From contig CAYZUS010000009.1 in NCBI GenBank assembly GCA_964481885.1, positions 4,576 through 68,575 on the forward strand: a DNA stretch of 64,000 nt, given 5' to 3'. The DNA is from an uncultured Actinomycetota bacterium. GTDB lineage: Bacteria > Actinomycetota > Humimicrobiia > Humimicrobiales > Humimicrobiaceae. The translations under genes and the position numbers were made by a program. Shown here one piece after another: positions 1 to 10,900 of this stretch. Numbering within the stretch: the first letter of the stretch is position 1; every line of letters begins with the position of its first letter. The notes under the pieces were generated by a model. It was not told where the DNA came from. It saw only the letters and a program-made list of their open reading frames with translations, and ran no database searches.

Positions 1-74
1 TTGCGCCTGTTTTTCTTCATTTAAAACAAAGATTTGTATTCTCTATTTGTCAGTTAAATATATATATCTTAACT

Positions 75-350
75 CTATTCCTTAATATCCCAATACTCCT
101 CAGCCTCTTCTTCCATTTCAAAAAGGCGGTCATAGTAATCAGGGAATTCATTAAGGTGCGCAAGTGCGATCTTACCAGTCAGTACAGGATCATCATTGGT
201 GACATTTGTTTCAGCGTTGACTCTTCCATGTTCCAGTTCAACATCCATTCCCATCCTGAACTGCTCCACATCAAATTTGCTCCAGTCAATCTCGAGCTTT
301 TCACCAATTGCTTTTGCTTCTTCAGCGGTAAAATGCTTTTTCGCCGACAT
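75..350 (-). CDS. Small conserved hypothetical protein, 91 aa, with an acidic C-terminus
   Basis: Intact ORF. The compact sequence (…DVEQFRMGMDVELEHGR…NEFPDYY…) looks like a conserved small domain-of-unknown-function family. No function can be inferred. Confidence 0.45.
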   Translation of the reverse strand: MSAKKHFTAEEAKAIGEKLEIDWSKFDVEQFRMGMDVELEHGRVNAETNVTNDDPVLTGKIALAHLNEFPDYYDRLFEMEEEAEEYWDIKE

Positions 351-592
351 ATACTTGGCTATCTCCTTACTAGGTTATTGAAATACCATAATTATCATGG
401 TAAATACATTATACTTAAATAATGCTCAAACTTACAATGTTTATAAGCATATTTAATAACATATTTAACAAATAATACAAAATAGGGTAATATCCTATGG
501 ACCAGAGGTATAAATATTAAAAATAGTTTGAGAACAGGACACATATATTAATGAAAACAGCAAATAACGGTTTAGAGGAAAATATGATATAT

Positions 593-1777
593 GACAGCAG
601 AATTTCGATCCGTAAATGCAGCGACTACATAAAAGCAGATGTCATTGATGCAGTAGAAAAGTGCGTTGCCGATTTAGGCGGTTTTGAAAACTTTATCGGC
701 AATGCTTCAAACATTTTGTTAAAACCAAACCTGCTGTCAGCATTGCCGCCTGAACGTGCAGTGACCACACACCCTGTTTTTATTGAGAGCATAATCGAAA
801 TTATAAAAAAAACCGCAAAACATCCGGTTAAGATTACTATTGCAGACAGCCCCGGTGTAGCGATAAAGCATACCAAAAAGGACCTTCAAAAATTATATGA
901 CACCTGTGGTCTTTCATATCTTGGGGAAATAGATGGTGTCACTTTAAACCTGGATACAGATTTTTCCCAGGTCTCTTTTAAAGATGCAAAAGTTTTAAAA
1001 CAGCTTGAGATAATAAAACCGATACTTGATGCGGATGTTATTATAAACATCCCAAAATTCAAGACTCACAGCCTTACAAGAATGTCAGGTGCAGTAAAGA
1101 ATATGTTTGGAATAATACACGGAAGGACAAAGACTCTCCTGCACGCAAAATTCATTGATGTGGAAAAATTCAATGAAATGCTTTTGGATGTCTATTTAAG
1201 CACAACGCCGGCTTTAAATATCATGGATGGAATTCTGGGTCTTGAGGGAGAGGGTCCGGGTGCAAGCGGCAGTGCCCGAAAAACAGGGCTGGTGCTTGCC
1301 GGCACTAACGGTATAGCCATGGATAATGTAGCCGCTCACCTGATGGGTTTTAAGGACAAAACTATTCCACTTATCAGATGCGCCACTGCCAGGGAGCTTG
1401 CTGGTGCAGATTTAAACAAAATTGAAATATGCGGCGGATTGCTTGAAGCATTCGCCATCAGCGATTACAAACTGCCCAGAAATACTCCTGTTGACAGGAT
1501 TTCCAAAAACCGGTTTTTAAACACTTATGTTTTTCCTTTTATAAGAAATACGCTGTCTGTATCGCCATACCAGAACAAGGTCAAATGCACCAACTGCAAC
1601 ACCTGTATTATGGTTTGCCCGGAAAAAGCAATTACAACAAAAACGAAAAATCTTGTATTTGATTACAAAAAATGCATACGCTGTTATTGCTGCAGCGAAT
1701 TATGTCCTGAAGGCGCAATTGATTTAAAATATTCCGGACTTGGTAATGTAATTTTCAGGCAAAAACCGCTAAAATAA
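593..1777 (+). CDS. DUF362-family protein with two C-terminal 4Fe-4S ferredoxin motifs
   Basis: The ORF runs 551..1777. The ATG at 593 is preceded by GAGGAAA, so I use it as the start. It has the DUF362-like N-terminal region (…LLKPNL…THP…ITIADSPG…). Two CxxCxxCxxxCP motifs are present (CTNCNTCIMVCP and CIRCYCCSELCP). Confidence 0.75.
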   Translation, partial: DSRISIRKCSDYIKADVIDAVEKCVADLGGFENFIGNASNILLKPNLLSALPPERAVTTHPVFIESIIEIIKKTAKHPVKITIADSPGVAIKHTKKDLQKLYDTCGLSYLGEIDGVTLNLDTDFSQVSFKDAKVLKQLEIIKPILDADVIINIPKFKTHSLTRMSGAVKNMFGIIHGRTKTLLHAKFIDVEKFNEMLLDVYLSTTPALNIMDGILGLEGEGPGASGSARKTGLVLAGTNGIAMDNVAAHLMGFKDKTIPLIRCATARELAGADLNKIEICGGLLEAFAISDYKLPRNTPVDRISKNRFLNTYVFPFIRNTLSVSPYQNKVKCTNCNTCIMVCPEKAITTKTKNLVFDYKKCIRCYCCSELCPEGAIDLKYSGLGNVIFRQKPLK

Positions 1778-1781
1778 TACA

Positions 1782-3350
1782 ATGCTTTCAAAATTATATA
1801 AAAACATACTTGTAATAGGCGGAAATGCTTCAGGACTTGCTGCAGCCAGCCAGGCTCGAAGGGAAAATCCCGATGCTGATATTACAGTGCTCGAGAGCGG
1901 TGAATATATATCCTATGGGTCCTGCGGATTGCCATATTATGTGTCTGGGATCGTCAGTGATTTAAACAGCCTTTTTACCTATACACCATCCTATTTTGAA
2001 GAAAAAAGAAAAATCAGGATTCTTAAAAATCACAGAGTCGTTTCAATTAATACTTTTAAAAAAGAAGTGACTGCAAACATCTTTTCTGGAAACACGCCCT
2101 CTCCAAATACAGGATCGGGAAGTTTTTTGCCGCAGGGCCAGGAATACAGAAACAGGGATACCCTTTTTACAAACACAGGTTCAGGAAATTTTTCACCTGG
2201 AGGACAGACCGGTAGAAATGAAAACAATTCTCCGGGCAGCAGCAAGAGCTATTACAGTAAGAATTTTGCCTATGACAGGCTTGTAATCTGCAGCGGGGTA
2301 TCGCCACTCAGGCCGGATATTTCCGGCATAAATGCAAAAGGTGTCTTTAGTTTCTGGGATGTAACAGATGCGCTTGCCTTAAAAAAATATATCCAAACGC
2401 AAGGCCCAAAGCAGGCAGTCGTGGTAGGCTGCGGTTCTGTGGGGCTTCTTATGGCAGAGGCTATGGCATGTTGCGGGCTTAAAGTTACACTTGTGGAAAC
2501 AAAAAACCGGGTTTTTGCAGACTATGAAGAAGAAATAACCTCAGTCTTTGAAGAAAAAATCAAAAATTCAGGAATTCAGGTATTAACTTCTTACAGGGTT
2601 AAATCAATTAATCATAACCAGGAGTCCGGTCAGGTCTTTTCAGTATCTGCAGCTCCTGTGAATTCTGCTACGGGCGATACAATAGAAATTGACGCGCAGA
2701 TTGTCATTGTAGCTGTCGGGGTTACACCAAATACCGGCTTTTTGGAATCAGGCGCCATAGAAGTCAATAAAAATAAAGCCATAAAAGTAAACCAAAAACA
2801 ACAAACTTCCCAGACAAATATATTTTCTGCAGGTGACTGCTGCCTTGTAAAAAACCTTGTCACCGGTTCCTGGGATCACATTCCAAGCGCTGGAAACGCA
2901 ATTAAAGCAGGAAGGGTAGCCGGAGCAAATGCCGCGGGTGCAGATGAGATTTTTGAAGGTTCAGTTGCCACCAGAGTAGACAAAATATTCGGCATGGAGA
3001 TAGCCCGAACGGGCATTGGGCTTGCCCAGGCTCTTGATTACAGGTTTAATGCTTTCAAAATAACAGAGAATTTTTCTTCCCACGTAAAATCCCTGCCTGG
3101 TGCTGAAAATATCACTGTGACGCTTATTGCTGATATTGGCACAAGAAGGATATTGGGCGCCCAAATGGCAGGCAAAGACGCCGTGGGGAAAAGGATGGAT
3201 GTCTTTGCTGCTGCAATTACAAATGATATGACTGTAGATAAGGCATATATGCTTGATTTATGCTATGCTCCATTAGTTGCCACGGCACCTGATGCAATAA
3301 CCAGAATGTGCGGAAAAGCAATCAGTGTCCTGAAATCAAAAAGGTTCTAA
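1782..3350 (+). CDS. FAD-dependent pyridine-nucleotide-disulfide oxidoreductase (NADH oxidase / CoA-disulfide reductase family) with an internal low-complexity insertion
   Basis: N-terminal GxGxxG (VIGGNASGLAA). The redox Cys motif SYGSCGLPYY matches the family active site. A second Rossmann motif is VVGCGSVGLL. The C-terminal dimerisation region is conserved. The start lies 4 nt after the upstream stop. Confidence 0.8.
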   Translation: MLSKLYKNILVIGGNASGLAAASQARRENPDADITVLESGEYISYGSCGLPYYVSGIVSDLNSLFTYTPSYFEEKRKIRILKNHRVVSINTFKKEVTANIFSGNTPSPNTGSGSFLPQGQEYRNRDTLFTNTGSGNFSPGGQTGRNENNSPGSSKSYYSKNFAYDRLVICSGVSPLRPDISGINAKGVFSFWDVTDALALKKYIQTQGPKQAVVVGCGSVGLLMAEAMACCGLKVTLVETKNRVFADYEEEITSVFEEKIKNSGIQVLTSYRVKSINHNQESGQVFSVSAAPVNSATGDTIEIDAQIVIVAVGVTPNTGFLESGAIEVNKNKAIKVNQKQQTSQTNIFSAGDCCLVKNLVTGSWDHIPSAGNAIKAGRVAGANAAGADEIFEGSVATRVDKIFGMEIARTGIGLAQALDYRFNAFKITENFSSHVKSLPGAENITVTLIADIGTRRILGAQMAGKDAVGKRMDVFAAAITNDMTVDKAYMLDLCYAPLVATAPDAITRMCGKAISVLKSKRF

Positions 3351-3551
3351 AGTGTGTCTTGCAAATCTCATTTACTTATTAATCTTTCCCGCCAGTAATT
3401 TCCCGCCAGTAATTTTAATATTTACTGCAACCTAAAATCACGCAGCCGGAATACTTTTGTGCCTTATACTCTTTCGAGTTACTTTTGTGCACCGTTTTTT
3501 TTGCATTCCTTCAGAATCCTCATCCTGGATTCATGTGTTGATTTTATAGTC

Positions 3552-3914
3552 CTATATATTTCCAATTCTTGTAACAGTTCCTGAAAATATGCCGCCCTGA
3601 TTTATAATCAGAGACCCGGTTTTAATACTGCCGCTTACAACTCCGGTTTTGTTTATTTCAACAGTTCCGCTGGATTCCATGCTTCCGTCATACTTCCCAA
3701 TGACTTCAGCATCTACCGTGTCTACGCTGGCATTGACGTTGCCTTCCTTTTGTATTGTCAGTTTACCATCAACTTTAAGGGAGCCACTGACATCGCAATC
3801 TATTTCAATAGATTTTGAAATATTGAATTTTCCCTTAATCGACGCAGATTCTCCCATTATCGTCAACAATACTCTGTCTTCTTTGGCTTCCAACTGATCT
3901 TCTTCCAAATACAT
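3552..3914 (-). CDS. Bactofilin (DUF583) family cytoskeletal protein
   Basis: The ORF extends to 4010. The internal Met at 3914 is preceded by AAAGGAAA and gives a 120-aa product. That product is collinear with the paralogues at 16955 and 17637 (…LLTIMGESASIKGKF…VDGKLTIQKEGNVNASVDTVDAEVIGKYDG…). It has a beta-helical repeat pattern of G/V/I/S-rich repeats. Confidence 0.7.
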   Translation of the reverse strand: MYLEEDQLEAKEDRVLLTIMGESASIKGKFNISKSIEIDCDVSGSLKVDGKLTIQKEGNVNASVDTVDAEVIGKYDGSMESSGTVEINKTGVVSGSIKTGSLIINQGGIFSGTVTRIGNI

Positions 3915-4394
3915 TTTTTTCCTTTCAGAACTTTTTGTTAAATTTTGTTTTATTATATTTTGTTTTTGTGTAATTACAGTCTTTTTTATTCTATCAATAA
4001 CTTCCCGCAAAATGCATTTTACGGAAAATCAGCATTCTTTGCTAATCAGACTGCAAAAATCAATGATAAACGATAAATGTTAAGTTAATAACAGATTCTG
4101 TTAAATATGTGTAAAATCTCTCTTTTTAGTATTTTTTATTCCCTCAGATATTAACTCCACCGAAAATTTATTATTTTACATTATCTTAATATTCCACGCA
4201 ATTTCCTTAACACTGAGCCTGTATAGTATTTTTTATAAACGATAATTATTGATTTGATAAAAACACAACCAAAACAATGTTTTATTGTAGAGCTTACATA
4301 ATATTTTGTATAAGTTAATTTGTAATTATTATACTTTTATTATAAATAAATATTACTAATTTAAAGATTTTTAATGTTTTGAAAAGAGGCAGCA

Positions 4395-4874
4395 ATGGAA
4401 GTTTACGGAATAGATAATAATTTTAAGATAAATAACTACAGCGCACAGAATATGCAAAATCCCTATTTAAAAAATCCGGTAGTAACTGGCTCTGTAAAAA
4501 GCGCAAATTATCAAACTAGAGGATCTGACCAGGGCATCAAAATGATGACCGATGTTCTGGAAAAGAAAATCAGTGATTTTCAGGCAATTGATAAAAATAT
4601 GATACTTCCAAGTGAAGATCTGATAAATTTGAGAGACCTTATTACCCAAATCAGTTCTCTCAGGGATAACCTGAACGTAAACAATCTTGGAGATGCTTTA
4701 AGAGAGCTTAAGTCCCTCGGTGATGAAAACTATGCGTCGCGCCAGCAACTATCAAAAGCACAGGAAATGCATAAAAATGAACAATCCTTTGCAATTCGAT
4801 CTTTGGTGTTTTCAATCTATCAAAAAGGATACGAGAAAGAGACCCGTTCCAGAAGCGTCGATGTCTATTATTGA
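4395..4874 (+). CDS. Hypothetical protein (159 aa, predicted coiled-coil)
   Basis: Intact ORF divergent from the bactofilin gene. Its upstream region carries a motif shared with the bactofilin gene at 18557. No recognisable domain. Confidence 0.4.
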   Translation: MEVYGIDNNFKINNYSAQNMQNPYLKNPVVTGSVKSANYQTRGSDQGIKMMTDVLEKKISDFQAIDKNMILPSEDLINLRDLITQISSLRDNLNVNNLGDALRELKSLGDENYASRQQLSKAQEMHKNEQSFAIRSLVFSIYQKGYEKETRSRSVDVYY

Positions 4875-4898
4875 TTTCTTCTATAACCGCGTCGTCTA

Positions 4899-7800
4899 TT
4901 ACCTTTCTTTAAGGTACCTCAAAATCGAGTCAAGTGTTGCTTCAAGTTCACACTCAAGTTTTGAAAGCAGCATTTCCAGATTCTCAGTACTTTTTAACTT
5001 CATATCAGCTTCAATGATTGCGGCATTGTTGTAAATATCAGTAGCGCTGATATTGGCGGCAACGCCCTTGATATCATGTACAAGATTTGCAGCGGCTTCA
5101 ATATTTCCCTGTCTGACCATTTGTCGAATTTCTTTGAAGTCATTCTTATAATTTTCATAAAATTTTATCAATATTTTATCAAAAAGCTCATAATCACCTC
5201 CCAAACGAATCAGAACAGTTTTTACATCAATACCGGAAATAGTAAAATCCGGATTCTTGCCGAGTGCAGGCGCAGTAACCACCAGCGACTTCGGCTCAAT
5301 GTTTTGAAAAGAATCATCTTTTAGTGTAATATTTTTTTTCACCATAACCAAATGAGACATTTTTTGTAACAGCAAGGCAGTATTAAATGGCTTGGCTATA
5401 TGGTCGTTCATACCCACAAGCAAGCTTTTTGTCTGATCTCCGCTCATTGCGCTGGCAGTAACCGCAATGATAGGCAGAGCTTTGGAATCAAAATTCTTTC
5501 TGATTTCAGCAGTTGCATGATACCCGTCCATGACAGGCATCCTGATGTCCATCAGCACGATGTCATATTCACTGTCTTTTACCATATTGACAGCTTCCAG
5601 GCCATTATTTGCGACTTTTACTTTCATACCGGCTCCCCGCAATATTTCCAGTGTGAATTCCTGATTGATTTCATTGTCTTCTACGAGCAAAACTCGAGCC
5701 CCGCGAAGCAGGCTGGTTGCCTCAAGCTCTGATTTGATCCTGATTTCCTTTACAGAGTCCTTCTTCCTGGTTTCACCGAACTCTATAGAAAAGTAAAAAG
5801 TACTCCCCTTTCCCAAAGTACTTTTGGCCCAAATCTTTCCGCCAAGCAATTCAACTAGTCTGCTTATTAATGGCAGGCCGATGCCGACCCCGCCAAATTT
5901 ACGGGTAATTTTTGCATCAGCCTGGTAGAAATTTTCAAACAGGCTTTTTGTCTGTTCCCCAGACATGCCCATTCCGGTATCTTTAACAGAAAACTGCAAA
6001 TATATACGATCTTCCTTTTTATTCAGTAATTTTACTCCAATAACAATTTTACCTTTTTCGGTAAATTTGACTGCATTGGAAATAAGATTTATCAGTATCT
6101 GCATCAAATGTATGGGGTCCCCGATAAGCTTGGCCGGAACATCGCCTTTTACTTCTGAGAGTAACTTCAGGCCCTTATTTTGGCTCTGGTTTATAAACTG
6201 GTTTACAGAAATTTTAAGCACGTCATCAAGAATAAAGGGTATATCTGCTGCAATTGTCTTGCCGGCTTCCACTTCTGAAAAATCAAGGACATCATTGACA
6301 AGCATCAGCAGGTACTTTGCAGATAAATTTATTTTATCGATATAGTTTTTCTGCCTTGGGGTCAAATTTGTATTAAGACAAAGCTGGGCAAAACCAATAA
6401 CACCATTAATCGGAGTCCGGATTTCATGGCTGATGTTTGATAAAAACTCACTTTTGGAATCACTGGCTGCTTTAGCTTTTTCAGCCATATCCCTGCTTAG
6501 TTCCGTCTCATGCAAAAGTTTCTTTTCTGCATTTTTTTGCTCAGTAATATCAATATTTGTTCCAACCCAGCGGTGGGGTCTTCCTTCTAAGTCTCTAATA
6601 GCTTCCCCGCGGGTAGCCACCCAGCGCCAACTTCCATCTTTATGAAGCAGCCTGTTTTCAACTTCGAAATATTTATCCCTTCCGGAAAGGTGGTCCTCCA
6701 TTTTTTTTTCAAAAAGCTTCAGGTCGTCAGAATAAATCAGTTTTTTCCACCATAAAAAACTATCATCTCCCTCATTATCCTTATAACCCAGCATACTTTT
6801 AAATCTTGTTGAAAAAATTATTTTATCGTTTAGCATATCCCAATCCCAGACGCCTGCGCGCGAGCCTTGGATTGCTATATCGAATCTCTCTTCCCTTTTT
6901 CTTAACTCCTCCGCAGCTATCCTGTCATGAGACTCGAGTAAATAACTTTCAGCTTTTTTACGAGAGGTTATGTCTTCAATTGTTGAATAAACCAGGTAAG
7001 GAGATGACTCACCCGGCTTAAACTGCGGAATTGCGTTTATATTTAACCAGGTTTGCTTCTCACTATTTGGCTTAATAATACCAATTACTGTGCCATACAC
7101 GCCTTTTCCTGATTTTAATGCAATTTTCCATGGGCACTCATCCCGGGGCAAATCGCTTAGATCTTCTTTGATCGCCTGCAAGCACTCCACAAGGCTGGCT
7201 TTCTCATCCATCTGCGCCAGACTCAGCCCAAACATTTCTTTTGCAGCTTTGTTGGCCGATATTATCCTGCCGTCAGATCCCCGGTAAATTACACCCTGCA
7301 CCATTGTTTCAAACAACAGTCTGTGCTTTTCTTCGCTGATTTTTAGTTCATCCTGTGTTCTCTTAATTTCATTGATATCAATAATAACAAGATTACATAC
7401 CGGCAAGCCATCTCTGTGTTCGCCTTCTGAAGCATCAATTCGTACCCAAAAATGCTTTCCATTTTCTTTCACTAATCGCAGGCGCAATGTGCTCAGGCCG
7501 TATGTGCCTGGCTCACTCTTTTCAAAAAACTTTTTTATATGCATATAGAAAATTTCATGGTCCTCTTTCAGAATAAAGCTGGACATCGATCTTTTTATTA
7601 TTCTGTCTCTGGAAATATCAAGCAGGATGGACATCATTAAGTTAGCCTCCAGAATCAGCCCTTTATTGCTTAGCAGACAGTAGCCTACCGGCGCCATTTC
7701 ATAAAGGTCAAAATATCGTGCTCGTGATAGCTCCAACTCATTTTGTGCAACACGCAATTCCTCATTTTGCATCTCCAGCTCAATTTGATGAACCTTAAGC

Positions 7801-7931
7801 TCATGAAGCAATTCCTCTTTTTTAAGAATAATAGCAGATCCAAATTTTGCAGCATTATCCAGGCTCAAGCTTACTTCAGCTCGTTGCCGAAGTTTTTCAG
7901 ATACTTTACGCTTGTTATCTTTTGCAGCCAT
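4899..7931 (-). CDS. Hybrid sensor histidine kinase (coiled coil, several PAS domains, HisKA, HATPase_c, two receiver domains and a C-terminal Hpt)
   Basis: H-box SHEIRTPINGVIGF. N/G boxes (…NLISNAVKFT…DTGMGM…GGVGIGL). Two REC domains with the conserved Asp (LLVEDNEIN…; LMDIRMPVMDG). The C-terminal Hpt-like helix has a His (LVHDIKG). Confidence 0.9.
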   Translation of the reverse strand: MAAKDNKRKVSEKLRQRAEVSLSLDNAAKFGSAIILKKEELLHELKVHQIELEMQNEELRVAQNELELSRARYFDLYEMAPVGYCLLSNKGLILEANLMMSILLDISRDRIIKRSMSSFILKEDHEIFYMHIKKFFEKSEPGTYGLSTLRLRLVKENGKHFWVRIDASEGEHRDGLPVCNLVIIDINEIKRTQDELKISEEKHRLLFETMVQGVIYRGSDGRIISANKAAKEMFGLSLAQMDEKASLVECLQAIKEDLSDLPRDECPWKIALKSGKGVYGTVIGIIKPNSEKQTWLNINAIPQFKPGESSPYLVYSTIEDITSRKKAESYLLESHDRIAAEELRKREERFDIAIQGSRAGVWDWDMLNDKIIFSTRFKSMLGYKDNEGDDSFLWWKKLIYSDDLKLFEKKMEDHLSGRDKYFEVENRLLHKDGSWRWVATRGEAIRDLEGRPHRWVGTNIDITEQKNAEKKLLHETELSRDMAEKAKAASDSKSEFLSNISHEIRTPINGVIGFAQLCLNTNLTPRQKNYIDKINLSAKYLLMLVNDVLDFSEVEAGKTIAADIPFILDDVLKISVNQFINQSQNKGLKLLSEVKGDVPAKLIGDPIHLMQILINLISNAVKFTEKGKIVIGVKLLNKKEDRIYLQFSVKDTGMGMSGEQTKSLFENFYQADAKITRKFGGVGIGLPLISRLVELLGGKIWAKSTLGKGSTFYFSIEFGETRKKDSVKEIRIKSELEATSLLRGARVLLVEDNEINQEFTLEILRGAGMKVKVANNGLEAVNMVKDSEYDIVLMDIRMPVMDGYHATAEIRKNFDSKALPIIAVTASAMSGDQTKSLLVGMNDHIAKPFNTALLLQKMSHLVMVKKNITLKDDSFQNIEPKSLVVTAPALGKNPDFTISGIDVKTVLIRLGGDYELFDKILIKFYENYKNDFKEIRQMVRQGNIEAAANLVHDIKGVAANISATDIYNNAAIIEADMKLKSTENLEMLLSKLECELEATLDSILRYLKER

Positions 7932-7933
7932 TA

Positions 7934-10900
7934 TCAGACACCTTCCTGAGATTTAAGAATACCTTTTCCCAACAGACTATAAGTCTCTTCATTATTTTTA
8001 GTGTTGTCAGTGCTATTGTAAGTGACAGCAATTTTATTTTTGCAGATTTTAAAAATATAAACTGAAAAAGTTCGGCCAGTAAGTTCAAAATGTTGATTGC
8101 AGGAAGCAGATTCATCTGTAACAGCGACAATATTACAGATTTTTATGAAGTTTGTTCCAACAAGATCCGGATAAACTTCAGTCAGGCATTTCCCCCGGAC
8201 TTCACTGGCACCCAGGCTCATTTGTTTTTCGAATGCTTTATTAACTTCAGTAAAAACAAAATTCAAAGGTGTACCATTTTTATCTGAAACAATCTCAAAG
8301 ACTGACATTGCAGGAAAAGAATGTTCAAATACTTCTCCGTAAATTCTCTCTATTTCCCCTGCCCGCTCTCGCATCTTTCTATTTTCGGTTATATCCAAAA
8401 ATGCAATAACTGCTCCATCAGCGGAATTCTCCAAATTAAAACAAGGCGAAATACGCATGAGATACCAATTCTCCTTCCTGTTCATAACCTCCACCTCTTT
8501 GGGAATCATGGTGTCCAGTACCTCTTGTGTATCTTGTTGTATTCTGTTGTAGGTCAATAAAGCAGGAGCCATGTCCCCTATATGCCGGCCTATGTCAGAC
8601 TGCACCAGGTTTATTACAGTTCCAATACCAGAAGAAAACCATCTGATTTTAAGCTGATAATCTACAAAAACAAAACAGAGCCCATAGTTGAAAAGCAAAT
8701 TGTTTATGTCGTTTTTTAATCCTGACAAACCAGTTAGCGAGGCCTTTCTCTCTGTGTTGACTATTGATAATTCAAAGTTGGCAGACTGCATTGCCCCTTT
8801 CAAAGTTTCCAAATCATCGTTTGCAGATTGCAAATCATTTCTAACGGATTGGATTTCCTCATTGGAGGATTGGAGTTCTTCGTAGGATGTTTCCATTTCT
8901 TCTTTAGTGTACAGGGGATATTCCTCAGTATTGCGAAGTTTTTCCAAAAGCATCAGGATTTTCGTTTCATTTTCATCGTCAGATACTTTTTGCAGTTTTA
9001 TTCTCGATGCCTTTCCGGAATGTTTTTGATCGGCGTTTGAAACCTTTTCAAATATTACAAGCATGAGGTTTGGTAATTGTTCTGGATTTAAATCCTTTTG
9101 AATTTGCCTGACGCAAAGATTGACAGTTATATTTTCCCCGCTATTTTCAACATTAAGTCCTGTAATGTTTACGGTTTCTTTACAGGTAAAAGATCTGTGC
9201 AAAGCAAGGTATAGCTCTGCCTTCAGGCTTTTATTTAACATATTTGAAATATTCGCGTCGAACTTGCCGGGTATAATTTCCAGAAACATTCCGGGGTGCC
9301 CATATAGATAAAGAATCTCTCCTTTTTCATTAATAATGGCACCGGAAGAATCAAAGTGTTCAAATATCGTCCTTTCTGCAATTTTCTGAAGTGCGAGTTT
9401 ATTTTCATCAGACATTTGCGTGAAGTCAATCATGGTATTCTTACCCGGTATGGCGGAATGCTTTAAATCCCGTAAAGTGTGGTAATAAGTATTTGAGCGT
9501 TCATTGCGTATGTATATTTTGGATCTGGAATCATGTATTCTAAAAAGATCAGTAAAGTTGCTTACATTCTCTGATGTTCCAAGAAAAAGGAAACCATCGG
9601 GATTTAATGAGTAATGAAACTGTGAAATGACTGTTTTTTGCAAAGTCTCGTCCAGATATATTAACACATTACGGCAGCTGATTAAATCCATCCTGGAAAA
9701 TGGCGGATCTTTTACAATACTGTGCTTGGAAAAAATCAGTATATCACGGATTTGCTTGGTTATCCTATAGGAAAATCCATCCGGTTCAATAGTAAAATAT
9801 CTCTTTAGCAGATTTTGAGGCATGTCCTTTGCAATTTCGATCGGGAACACTCTGGTTCGTGCAGTTTCAAGAGCCCGTTCGTCAATATCAGTAGCAAAAA
9901 TCTGTACTTTAAAACTTTTTTTTAAACTCCACATATGCTCACATATGAGCATGGCAATAGAATAAGCTTCTTCACCGGTTGAACACCCCGGTACCCATAT
10001 TCGGACCGGTTCCTCACTGTCTTTGTTGTCAAATAGTCTTGGAATAACAGTGGTCCCAAGGACTTCAAACTCAACCGGGTCCCTAAAAAAACTGGTTACA
10101 CCGATTAAAAAATCATGAAATAATGATTCAATTTCCAACGGGTCTCTTTGCAGAAATTTTACATATCCATCCAAATCTTCGATCCGGTTGATTTCCAGAC
10201 GCCTGGCTATTCGATTGTCGATGTTGCTTTTTTTATAGTGTGAAAAATCATAGCCAACCTGGCTGCGCAGCAAAAGAAAAATCTTCAAATATGAATCCTT
10301 TTCTTTAAAATTCCTTTGTGCATGGTTTTTTACGATTGTTCCATGTTTCCTTCCAAAGTATGATATAAGGCTGTAAGGCATTTCTGCAGGCGAAAGAGCA
10401 TAGTCAGCCAGGCCTGCGGCAATTACGCTTTGCGGCATCCCGGCATTTTCCGCTGATTCAATGCTTTGAGCCATCACCAAGCCGCCTTCTTTCTTTACAG
10501 CCTGCGCTCCAAGTGTTCCGTCCATTCCTGCACCTGAGAGAACGATACAGGCGGCATTATCCCGATACTCCTGGGCCAGGGAACAAAAAACAAAGTCAAT
10601 TGGCAAGTGTGATCCTCTGGTTAATATCGGCTCCAGTAGTTGCAGTGTGCCATTCATGAATGCCAAATCATAGTTTGGTGGAATAATATATATACAATTG
10701 GGTTCAACTATGATCCCGTCTGTTATTTCAAAAACCTTCATCTGAGTATAATTTGCAATTAACCGGCCAAGAATGCTCTGACGGTCGGTGTGCCAGTGCT
10801 GAACAACTATAAATGCCATACCTGTGTCGATATCTGTGGGCATGGCAGAAAAAAAAGCCTCTAATGCTGCCAGGCCACCGGCAGAAGCGCCGATACAAAC

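Noticed and set aside
5400-5732. Numerous 60-135-aa ORFs antisense to or nested within large genes (e.g. 5400..5732, 14641..14973, 26638..27003, 35248..35655, 62386..62712)
   Set aside because: They lie inside well-supported long CDSs on the opposite strand or in another frame, and show low-complexity composition typical of AT-rich antisense frames. I do not call any of them.
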